A DNA stretch of 64,000 nt from Dehalococcoidia bacterium (GTDB taxonomy: Bacteria > Chloroflexota > Dehalococcoidia > UBA2979): NCBI GenBank assembly GCA_965247925.1, contig CBDFIB010000004.1:195499-259498 (forward strand). The letters run 5' to 3'. The notes under the pieces were generated by a model that was given only the letters and a program-made list of their open reading frames with translations, ran no database searches and had not been told where the DNA came from. Below are positions 9,499-17,067 of this stretch, piece by piece. The position numbers and the translations under genes were made by a program. The number at the start of each line of letters is the position of its first letter. Positions within the stretch are counted from its first letter, which is position 1.

Positions 9499-10617
9499 CT
9501 AGTGCCCGCCGCCGTTGGCCGTCAGGGCCTCGAGCGGTGGGGCGCCGCAGAACGCGTCGTAGTCGATGAGCTCCGTCACGGTCGGCTCGTCACCGCAGAG
9601 CGGGCAAGCCGGATCGCGCCGCAGCTTCATCTCGCGGAACTCCATGGTCAAGGCGTCGATGAGCAGCAGCCGCCCGACGAGCGGCCGGCCGACGTCGAGC
9701 ACCTGTTTGAACACCTCGGTCGCCTGGATCGAGCCGACGATGCCGGTAATCGAGCCCAGCACGCCCGCCTCGGCGCAGGAGGGCACCAGGCCCGGCGGCG
9801 GCGGCGCGGGGTAGAGGCAGCGGTAGCAGCCCTGGCCCGGCTTGAAGACGGTGGCCTGCCCGTCGAAGAGCAGGATCGAGCCGTCCACCAGCGTCTTGCC
9901 CAGCAGGTAGGCGGCGTCGTTGACCAGGTAGCGCGTCGCGAAGTTGTCCGCGCCGTTCACCACGATCTCGTAGTCCGCGAGGATCTCCATCGCGTTCTCC
10001 GAGTGCAGCGGCGCCGGGTGCGTCACAACCCGCACGTGCGGGTTGTAGGCGTGCAGCGTGTCCACCGCCGAGTCGAGCTTCGTGCGCCCGACGTCCTCGG
10101 TCTGGTGCAGCAACTGGCGCTGCAGGTTGGAGAGGTCCACCACGTCGAAGTCGACGAGCCCGATCGTGCCGACGCCGGCGAGCGCGAGGTAGATCGCGAC
10201 CGGGGAGCCGAGGCCGCCCGCGCCCACGATCAGCACCTTCGCGTTGCGCAACTGGCGCTGCCCGATCGAGCCCACCTGCGACATGACGATGTGCCTCGAG
10301 TAGCGCATCGCCTCGTCCGGGGTGAGCGCCGCGCTCGGCGCGGCGCCGCCCGCGAGGGCGGGGATGACCGCGACCTGGTCGCCGTCTCCGACGGCGGTCG
10401 CGACGCCGTCGAGCTCGTGGATCTCCTGGTTGTTGACGTAGATGTTGATGTGCGCGGGCACCCGGCGCTCGCGGTCGTAGACGAGCATGTCGAAGCCCGG
10501 GTAGCGCGCGTTCACCGCGTCGAGGACGCCCGCCACGTCGCCGCCGTCCACCTCGACGTACTCGCGATTGGCCGTGAACTTGCGGAATGGCTGTGGGATG
10601 TAGACGCTGACCGCCAT
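9499..10617 (-). CDS. Fusion protein: N-terminal MoaD/CysO-like ubiquitin-like domain (ends ...IPALAGG) + MoeB/ThiF-type E1 adenylyltransferase with C-terminal CxxC...CPLC zinc motif; no rhodanese domain
   Basis: Residues 1-91 from ATG 10617 (MAVSVYIPQPF...VIPALAGG) resemble the two stand-alone carriers. These are followed by MRYSRHIVM...LIVGAGGLGSP (ATP-binding GxGxxG)...CYRC...CPLCG. The track start at 10746 would overlap cysK, so the internal ATG at 10617 (or 10650) is preferred. Confidence 0.85.
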   Translation of the reverse strand: MAVSVYIPQPFRKFTANREYVEVDGGDVAGVLDAVNARYPGFDMLVYDRERRVPAHINIYVNNQEIHELDGVATAVGDGDQVAVIPALAGGAAPSAALTPDEAMRYSRHIVMSQVGSIGQRQLRNAKVLIVGAGGLGSPVAIYLALAGVGTIGLVDFDVVDLSNLQRQLLHQTEDVGRTKLDSAVDTLHAYNPHVRVVTHPAPLHSENAMEILADYEIVVNGADNFATRYLVNDAAYLLGKTLVDGSILLFDGQATVFKPGQGCYRCLYPAPPPPGLVPSCAEAGVLGSITGIVGSIQATEVFKQVLDVGRPLVGRLLLIDALTMEFREMKLRRDPACPLCGDEPTVTELIDYDAFCGAPPLEALTANGGGH

Positions 10618-10682
10618 CTCCGATCGCCGTCCTTCCTGCCGATCTGCCATGTGCTCCTGATCCGTTCCCTGTCCCCTGTTGC

Positions 10683-11636
10683 TCATGAGAGCGCCACGCT
10701 CAGGTAGCGCTCGCCCGTGTCGCAGAGCATCGTCACCACGCGACACCCCGGACCGAGCCGCTTGCCAACCTCGATCGAGGCCCAGACGTTGCTGCCGGAG
10801 GAGATGCCGACGAGCAGGCCTTCCTCGCGGCTGAGCCGCTCCGTTATCCGGAAGGCGTCCTCGTCGCGGACGCTGATCACCTCGTCGTAGATCTCGCGGT
10901 TGAGTACGCCCGGCACGAACGAGGCGCCGATGCCCTGGATGCCGTGCAGCCCCGCCCGCCCGCCCTGCAGCACCGGCGAGCGCGCCGGCTCGACGGCGAC
11001 GATGCGCACGTCCGCGGCGGCCTCGCGCAGCACCTCGCCGATGCCGGTGATCGAGCCGCCGGTGCCGACGCCGGCCACGAACGCGTCCAGCTCGCCGCCG
11101 GTCGCCTCGAGGATCTCGGGCCCCGTCGTCTCGCGGTGGATGCGCGGGTTGGCGAGGTTGTCGAACTGCTGCGGCATGAAGTAGCCGTGCTGCTCGGAGA
11201 GCTCGCGGGCGGCGTAGACCGCGCCCGTCATGCCCTCGATCGCCGGGGTCAGCCGCAGCTCCGCGCCGAAGCGCTCCAGCAGGCGGCGCCGCTCGACGCT
11301 CATGTCCTCCGGCATCGTCAGGATCAGCCGGTAGCCCTTGCGCGCGCAGACCATCGCGAGGCCGATGCCGGTGTTGCCGGAGGTCGGCTCGACGATCGTG
11401 TCGCCTAGCTCGATCAGTCCCTCGCGCTCGGCGTCCTCGATCATGCTGAGCGCGATCCGGTCCTTGACGGAGCCGGCCGGATTGCGCGATTCGAGCTTGC
11501 CGAGGATCTCGGCGCAGCCCTCGGGCACGACGCGGCCGAGCCGCACCAGCGGCGTGTCGCCGATCAGATCGAGCACGGTGTCGGCGATCGCCGGCTGGGC
11601 GCGACGACCCTCGGTGGTCGGCGCGGTGGTCGTCAT
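10683..11636 (-). CDS. cysK: Cysteine synthase A (O-acetylserine sulfhydrylase)
   Basis: GSVKDR, TSGNTG, typical CysK. Start at MTTTAP (ATG 11636), overlapping by 1 nt the TGA of the upstream Rrf2 gene. Confidence 0.85.
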   Translation of the reverse strand: MTTTAPTTEGRRAQPAIADTVLDLIGDTPLVRLGRVVPEGCAEILGKLESRNPAGSVKDRIALSMIEDAEREGLIELGDTIVEPTSGNTGIGLAMVCARKGYRLILTMPEDMSVERRRLLERFGAELRLTPAIEGMTGAVYAARELSEQHGYFMPQQFDNLANPRIHRETTGPEILEATGGELDAFVAGVGTGGSITGIGEVLREAAADVRIVAVEPARSPVLQGGRAGLHGIQGIGASFVPGVLNREIYDEVISVRDEDAFRITERLSREEGLLVGISSGSNVWASIEVGKRLGPGCRVVTMLCDTGERYLSVALS

Positions 11637-12082
11637 CAGATCGAGTAGTTCGCCGCGCGTGCGTGCTGCTTCGCCCGCGCGCGCTCCGCGAGGTCGGCGA
11701 TGCTCACCGCGCCGAGGCGGCTGCGCATGTCCTCGTAGATCTCCTCCCAGACGGTGCGCTGGGCGCAAAGACCGCATTCGAACGAGCACTCCTCACCGTC
11801 CTCGATGCAACTGATCGGCGCGACCGAGCCCTCGAGCGTCTCGATCACGTGCAGCAGGCACATCTCCTCGGGCTTGCGAGTGAGCAGGTGGCCGCCTCCG
11901 GGGCCGCGCACGCTGCGCACGAAGCCGCCGCGCCGCAGCAGGGCGAGCAGGTGGTCGAGGTAGGACTCCGGGATCTCCTGGCGACCGGCGATTCCCGCGC
12001 GCTGGACCGGCCCCTCGCCGTCGTGGAGCGCGAGGTCAATGAGCGCGCGAACGCCGTAATCGCCCTTCCTGCTCAGCCACAT
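11636..12082 (-). CDS. Rrf2-family transcriptional regulator (CymR/IscR-like)
   Basis: MWLSRKGDYGVRALIDLA... wHTH, plus three Cys in CIEDGEECSFECGLC (possible Fe-S ligands). Start at internal ATG 12082. Confidence 0.8.
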   Translation of the reverse strand: MWLSRKGDYGVRALIDLALHDGEGPVQRAGIAGRQEIPESYLDHLLALLRRGGFVRSVRGPGGGHLLTRKPEEMCLLHVIETLEGSVAPISCIEDGEECSFECGLCAQRTVWEEIYEDMRSRLGAVSIADLAERARAKQHARAANYSI

Positions 12083-12085
12083 TTT

Positions 12086-12140
12086 CCCGACCGCCGCTAA
12101 TGTCGAGTAAGTTGACCAACATTCTAGCACAAGGGTCGGT
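12086..12140 (-). promoter_or_regulatory. Candidate promoter/operator of the Rrf2-cysK... operon
   Basis: On the coding strand: ...TTGTGCTAGAATGTTGGTCAACTTACTCGACATT then ATG. Extended -10 (TGcTAGAAT) followed by an imperfect palindrome GTTGgtCAAC overlapping the predicted transcription start region. Confidence 0.3.
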
Positions 12141-12200
12141 TGGGCCAAGCACTCGGGGATCGGGGCAGGTCAGCGTCCACGGGCGTCACTCGGGATTCGA

Positions 12201-13286
12201 TCAGCTCACCTGATACTGTTTGATGGCGTCCTGGTCGAACTCGAGGCCCAGACCCGGCTTGTCCGGCACCACAATCTGCCCGTCCTCAATGACCGGGGTT
12301 TCTTCAAACAGCCGTAGCGTCCAGGGCATGTACTCCACCGTCAGTCCGTTTGGAATGGCGGCAATGTTGTGCACCTGAATCTCGGGTAGCAGGTGGCTGA
12401 CCACCGGCAGATTGAATGCCTCAGCCATGCCCGCCACCTTTCGGAACTGGGTTATCCCGCCCACCCGCAGCAGGTCGATCATCACAATATCCATCGAGCG
12501 GTGCTCCAGCATGTGCCGGAAGGGACGGATGCCATACACGTACTCTCCGGCGGCGATGGGCGTGGTGAGCGAGTCCGCCACTCGGGCCAATCCCTGGTAG
12601 TCGTCCCGGGCCACCACGTCTTCCAGCCAGAACAGGTGGTACTCCTCCACACGTGACCCAATATCGATGGCCTGGTTCACGTCCCAGAGTTGGTTGATGT
12701 CGCACATCAGATCAATGTCCGGGCCGATGGCGTCGCGCAGGGTGCGGATGCGAGCCACCTCGCGCCGAGCGGTAGGTTCGGCGCCCATCTGGGTCTTCAT
12801 CTGCCTGAAGCCCAGCTCCACCAGGCGAGGACCGGCCTCGGCCAGATACTCCAGATCCATGGGACGCCCCAGTGCGCCGCTGGCGTAGGTAACGACCCGG
12901 TCGCGGTGACCACCCAGCAGGGAGCACACCGTCTGGTTCAGGGCCTTTCCCTTGATGTCCCACAGAGCGATGTCGATGGCCGATATCGCCAGGCTGAATA
13001 TGCCCTCCGGGCCGGAACCGCCCGCCGCGAGTCGCAACCTGTCGGTTACCGCCTCCACCTGCAGCGGGTCTTCGCCCACCGTCAGTTCACAGAGATTGTC
13101 GACCGCAGTGCGCAGGGCCGGGGTGAGCGGGCCACCGAAGAACGTAATGCCGATGCCCTGCACGCCTTCGTCGGTGTCCAGTTCCAGAGTGACGAACTCC
13201 CGGGTGCCAGGCTCGTCGATGCCCACCACCAGGGGATTGTCGGCCGGGGTTTGCAACACACGGGTGGTCCAGCTGCTTACTTTCAT
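12201..13286 (-). CDS. Mandelate racemase / muconate lactonizing enzyme family protein (enolase superfamily)
   Basis: N-terminal capping domain plus TIM barrel (KALNQTVCSLLGG, MCDINQLWD, EDVVARDD). Start at MKVSSWTT (ATG 13286). Confidence 0.8.
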   Translation of the reverse strand: MKVSSWTTRVLQTPADNPLVVGIDEPGTREFVTLELDTDEGVQGIGITFFGGPLTPALRTAVDNLCELTVGEDPLQVEAVTDRLRLAAGGSGPEGIFSLAISAIDIALWDIKGKALNQTVCSLLGGHRDRVVTYASGALGRPMDLEYLAEAGPRLVELGFRQMKTQMGAEPTARREVARIRTLRDAIGPDIDLMCDINQLWDVNQAIDIGSRVEEYHLFWLEDVVARDDYQGLARVADSLTTPIAAGEYVYGIRPFRHMLEHRSMDIVMIDLLRVGGITQFRKVAGMAEAFNLPVVSHLLPEIQVHNIAAIPNGLTVEYMPWTLRLFEETPVIEDGQIVVPDKPGLGLEFDQDAIKQYQVS

Positions 13287-13580
13287 GTGACTGCCCCCGG
13301 AATTGCTCCTTGATTCATAAGCCCTCACCCCAACCCTCTCCCTCAGGGAGAGGGGGCCGGAGCGGTCAGTCCCCGATTGTGCGCGGGGGGAAATCCCTGG
13401 CCGGGTGCGCCGCGAGCACTGCTTCATCGAGGTCGATGCCGAGGCCCGGCGCGGTGGGGAGGGCGATGTGGCTGTCCTCGACCTCGAAGGCCGGCGTCGC
13501 GGCTTCCCGGCCCCACGGCTCGAAGTTCACGAAGCAACCGGTGATGATGAAGCTGGGCATCATCACCGGCGGCAGTATGC
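13225..13580. repeat. Direct repeat copy A (~350 bp, ~90% identical to 15100-15450)
   Basis: By-eye alignment of 13262-13580 with 15127-15450. It covers the 5' end of the MR gene at 12201, a conserved palindrome ccctctccctcagggagaggg (13334-13354), and a 3' fragment of a paralog of the MR gene at 15240. Confidence 0.8.
13366..13566 (-). pseudogene. C-terminal fragment (about 66 aa) of an MR-family paralog (a copy of the 3' end of gene 15240..16376)
   Basis: ...FIITGCFVNFEPWGREAATPAFEVEDSHIALPTAPGLGIDLDEAVLAAHPARDFPPRTIGD is nearly identical to the C-terminus of the intact gene at 15240, but has no upstream body. Confidence 0.6.
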
Positions 13581-13635
13581 GCGACTTTGTGAACGAGCAG
13601 AAGGCTCGCCAGGAACGCGGCGAGGCAACCGACTG

Positions 13636-15033
13636 CTAGAGCTCCGGGTTGCGCATGAAGTCCGTCGCCTGCTCGTAGGCGTAGCCGGCCCGGCAGAGCG
13701 CCTGTTCGCTGCCCAGCGGACCGACGAGCTGCAGCGCGATCGGCATGCCCCGCTCGCTCCAGCCGTTGGGCAGAGTCAGCGTCGGGGCGCGGTTCATGTC
13801 CCAGGGGACCGTGTACTGCAGCCGCCGCCACTGGAATTCTCCCGGCCTGTCATCGTACATCATGTCCTCGGTCACCCGGTGCGGCAACGTGCCCTGGGCC
13901 GGACAGGCCAGCATGTCGATGTCGGCGAAGACCCGAGCCAGTAGGCCGCGCAGTTCTTCGCGGCGGATGCAGGCGTCGGCGTACTCGGTCGCGCTGACAG
14001 ACGACCCCAGCTCCAACCAGGCGCCGAACCAGTTGCCGTAGTCGCCGGCCCGGTTCGGATAGTTATCGAGATGCGCGTGTAGAGCCTCAACCGAGCAGAG
14101 CGTCGGCAAATCGGCCATGTAAGGCATGAAGTCGGGTAGTTGGACCAAGACGATCTCCGCGCCCAGCGATGCCAGGGTTTCGACCGATGCGGCGACGGCC
14201 TCGGCGATTGGCGGGATTACGTCTTCGGTCGCATAGCGCTCGTCATAGCCGATCCGCATACCCGCAACGCCGCCGTCGATCCCGTCAAGCATGGCCGGAG
14301 CCGGCTCGGGCAGCGTGGTCGGATCGTTGGGGTCGTCGCCCGCGATCACTTCGAGCGTGACGGCGCAGTCCCAGGTCGAGCGGCACATCGGGCCGACGTG
14401 GTCGAGCGACTGCGCCAGGTCGAGCACGCCATAGCGGCTCACGCGTCCCCAGGTCGGCTTCAGACCGACGATGCCGCAGGCTGCGGACGGGGTACGGATA
14501 GAGCCGCCGGTGTCGCTGCCCAACGACGCGTAGCAAAGCCCGGCCGCTGTCGCCACAGCGGAGCCGCTGGAGGAGACGCCGGCCCAGCGTCCGGCGTCCC
14601 AGGGGTTAACCGGCACCTGCCGCGCGCGGTTGTATCCGGCCATCGCGCCCTCGGTCATGTTGAGCTTGCCCAGCATCACCGCGCCGGCGTCTTTGAATCG
14701 GGCGACGACCGTGGAGTCGAAGTCAGGAACGAGGTCCTCGAGCACCTTCGTCCCGCCCATCGTGCGGACGCCCGCCGTGTAGCAGAGGTCCTTGACCGCG
14801 ATCGGAACCCCGTGCAGCGGACCGCGATAGTTGCCGGCGGCGATCTCGTCCGCGGCCTGCTGCGCTTTCGCCAGCGCCGAATCGGCCATCACAGTCGCGT
14901 AACTCTTGAGCCGACCGTCGTGCGCCTCGATGCGGTCCAACTGGGCCTGCGTCAGCGCGACCGGCGACAGCTCTCCTGAGGCGATCCGCGGGGCGAGCTC
15001 TTCGATCGTTGCGTAAGCGAGGTCATCGGTCAT
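13636..15033 (-). CDS. Amidase (amidase-signature family)
   Basis: GGSSSGSAVATAAG AS-family signature, catalytic K (AVKD) and S-cisS-S residues. 465 aa. Confidence 0.85.
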   Translation of the reverse strand: MTDDLAYATIEELAPRIASGELSPVALTQAQLDRIEAHDGRLKSYATVMADSALAKAQQAADEIAAGNYRGPLHGVPIAVKDLCYTAGVRTMGGTKVLEDLVPDFDSTVVARFKDAGAVMLGKLNMTEGAMAGYNRARQVPVNPWDAGRWAGVSSSGSAVATAAGLCYASLGSDTGGSIRTPSAACGIVGLKPTWGRVSRYGVLDLAQSLDHVGPMCRSTWDCAVTLEVIAGDDPNDPTTLPEPAPAMLDGIDGGVAGMRIGYDERYATEDVIPPIAEAVAASVETLASLGAEIVLVQLPDFMPYMADLPTLCSVEALHAHLDNYPNRAGDYGNWFGAWLELGSSVSATEYADACIRREELRGLLARVFADIDMLACPAQGTLPHRVTEDMMYDDRPGEFQWRRLQYTVPWDMNRAPTLTLPNGWSERGMPIALQLVGPLGSEQALCRAGYAYEQATDFMRNPEL

Positions 15034-15064
15034 TGGTCAGCTCCGTCCGAATCGGTCGTTTCCC

Positions 15065-15160
15065 AGTCCCGGCTCGGGGGTCGGGCTGATCGACGCCGAC
15101 GATGAGGGGATTAACGTCCGGGGTCTGCAGCACACGGGTGGTCCAGTTGCTTACTCTCAT
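15065..15160 (-). pseudogene. N-terminal fragment (about 30 codons) of a paralog of MR gene 12201..13286
   Basis: MRVSNWTTRVLQTPDVNPLIVGVDQPDPRAG matches MKVSSWTTRVLQTPADNPLVVGIDEPGTREF, then diverges and runs into the amidase start. Confidence 0.5.
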
Positions 15161-15450
15161 GTGACTGCCCCTGGAATTGCTCCTTGATTCATACGCCCTC
15201 ACCCCAACCCTCTCCCTCAGGGAGAGGGGGCCGGAGCGGTCAGTCGCCGATTGTACGCGCGGGGAAGTCCCTCGCTGGATGAGCCTCGAGGACTGCTTCA
15301 TCGAGGTCGATGCCGAGGCCCGGCGCGGTGGGGAGGGCGATGTGGCTGTCCTCGACCTCGAAGGCCGGCGTCGCGGCCTCCTGGCCCCACGGCTCGAAGT
15401 TCACGAAGTACTCCGTGATGATGAAGTTCGGCATCGTCGCCGCGGCCTGC
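15100..15450. repeat. Direct repeat copy B (partner of 13225-13580)
   Basis: See copy A. Contains the same palindrome at 15208-15228. Confidence 0.8.
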
Positions 15451-16376
15451 AGCGTCGCGGCCAGCGCCACGGTCGTCGAGTTGTAGTTGTGCGGAGCGAC
15501 CGCGACGAAGTACGCCTCGGCCATCGCGGCGATCTCCGTCAGTTCCTTGATGCCGCCCACGTTCGCCACGTCGGGATTGATGATGTCCGCCGCGCGCTGC
15601 TCGAAGACCTCGCGGAACTCGAACTTCGTGTAGAGTTCCTCGCCCGTGACGGTGGGGATGTTGATCTGCGCCGTCGCGGCGGCCAGGGCGGTCACGTTCT
15701 CGGCCCAGACCGGCTCCTCGAACCAGAACGGCTCGTACTCCTCGACCATCTTCGCGAGGCGCACCGCGTTCGAGGGACTCAGCCGGCGGTGGACCTCGAC
15801 CAGCACGTCGACGTCGGGGCCGACCGCCTCGCGAACCGCGCGCACGCGATCGGCGGCGACGCGCAGCTCCTTCATGCCCACGTAGCTGCGCCACTTGCCC
15901 GGCACCGGATCGAACTTGAGCCCGGTGAACCCGCGCTCGACCATCGCGCGCGCTCGCGCCTGCAGCTCCTCGAGGTCGTCCATCCTCGCCCAGCCGTTGG
16001 CGTAGACGCGCAGCCGATCGCGCACCGCGCCGCCGAGCAGCTGGTGCACGGGCATCCCCGCACGCTTGCCCGCGAGGTCCCACATCGCCTGTTCCACACC
16101 GGAGATCGCCGCGTACAGGTCCATCGCGCCGCGCCGGTTGCCGAAGTCGTTGTGGATGGCGTCGGTCCAGGGCTTAATCCGCGCCGAGTCCCAACCCACG
16201 ATGTAGCGCCGCAGCGCCTCGAGGTGCGCCGTGATCTGGATGTCGCGGTCCGACTGCGTGTAGCACTCGCCCCAGCCGTGCAGCCCGTCGGCCGTCTCCA
16301 GCCGGACGAAGCAGAGGTTCTTGCCCGCGATGTAGCGATCCGGCTGCCCCGTGTCGGGCGGCGTGGGGTGGACCAG
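15240..16376 (-). CDS. Mandelate racemase / muconate lactonizing enzyme family protein, start codon non-canonical or unresolved
   Basis: TIM-barrel part in track ORF 15240..16199 (KFDP..., EEP, PDV). The N-terminal capping domain (...KNLCFVRLETADGLHGWGECYTQSDRD...) continues in frame upstream to a TGA at 16401-16403 with no ATG/GTG/TTG. The only candidate start is CTG 16376. Confidence 0.65.
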   Translation of the reverse strand: MVHPTPPDTGQPDRYIAGKNLCFVRLETADGLHGWGECYTQSDRDIQITAHLEALRRYIVGWDSARIKPWTDAIHNDFGNRRGAMDLYAAISGVEQAMWDLAGKRAGMPVHQLLGGAVRDRLRVYANGWARMDDLEELQARARAMVERGFTGLKFDPVPGKWRSYVGMKELRVAADRVRAVREAVGPDVDVLVEVHRRLSPSNAVRLAKMVEEYEPFWFEEPVWAENVTALAAATAQINIPTVTGEELYTKFEFREVFEQRAADIINPDVANVGGIKELTEIAAMAEAYFVAVAPHNYNSTTVALAATLQAAATMPNFIITEYFVNFEPWGQEAATPAFEVEDSHIALPTAPGLGIDLDEAVLEAHPARDFPARTIGD

Positions 16377-16487
16377 GTGTAGCGAAGGTGAGTGGAGCGG
16401 TCAAGGTCTCCCGATTCGCCGATCGCAACGAGAGGCCGGCGATCATTCGCCTACCCCTCCAGCGTTGCGTGGACTGCCGACGGCGCG

Positions 16488-16763
16488 CTAGCCTCCGGCG
16501 ACCGCCGGGACGATCGAGACCTCGTCGCCCTCGGCCAGCTCGCTGGCGAGGCCGGAGAGGAAGCGCACGTCCTCGCCGTTGACGAAGACGTTCACGAAGC
16601 GGCGCAGTTCGCCGTCTTCCTCGCAGAGCCGCTCGCGCATCCCGGGGTAGGACGCCTCGAGGTTCTGAACCACGTCGCCGAGGGTTGCGCCCTCGAGGCT
16701 GACCAGCTCCTGGTCCCCGGTCAGGGTGCGGAGCGGGGCGGGGATTCGCACGTTCACTGCCAT
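16488..16763 (-). CDS. MoaD/ThiS/CysO-like sulfur-carrier protein (C-terminal Gly-Gly), paralog of 9181..9456
   Basis: 91 aa ending ...SIVPAVAGG. RRFVNVFVNGEDVRFLSG...EGDEVSI is near-identical in pattern to the cysO-like protein. Confidence 0.8.
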   Translation of the reverse strand: MAVNVRIPAPLRTLTGDQELVSLEGATLGDVVQNLEASYPGMRERLCEEDGELRRFVNVFVNGEDVRFLSGLASELAEGDEVSIVPAVAGG

Positions 16764-16818
16764 CGCAGCGGTCCTCTCGATGCCGGGCCCGGCGGGGCCG
16801 GGCGGGATTGCAGCCGGG

Positions 16819-17067
16819 TTAGCCCTCGACGATGTCGCCGAGGGTGGCCTGATCGACGCGCACGCCCTTCGCCTGGGCCCAGGCGATCGCGCGGTCGATC
16901 TCGTCGGGTTCGCCCTCGAGCTCGAGCACGACCCAGCCGACGCGCTCGTCGACGTCCGCCATGCGGATGTTGGTGACGACCTCGAACTCGCGGCCGATCA
17001 GGTAGATCAGCGGCTCCTTGATCAGTTCGGGCGAGAAGGTGAAGCGGACCGGTCTGCTCGCCATCAT
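16819..17067 (-). CDS. NIL-domain protein (MetN C-terminal-like ferredoxin fold), 82 aa
   Basis: Only the last 82 codons of track ORF 16819..18291 are plausible: MMASRPVRFTFSPELIKEPLIYLIGREFEVVTNIRMADVDERVGWVVLELEGEPDEIDRAIAWAQAKGVRVD. The ATG at 17067 overlaps the TGA of the upstream ThrC-like gene (ATGA). Confidence 0.75.
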   Translation of the reverse strand: MMASRPVRFTFSPELIKEPLIYLIGREFEVVTNIRMADVDERVGWVVLELEGEPDEIDRAIAWAQAKGVRVDQATLGDIVEG

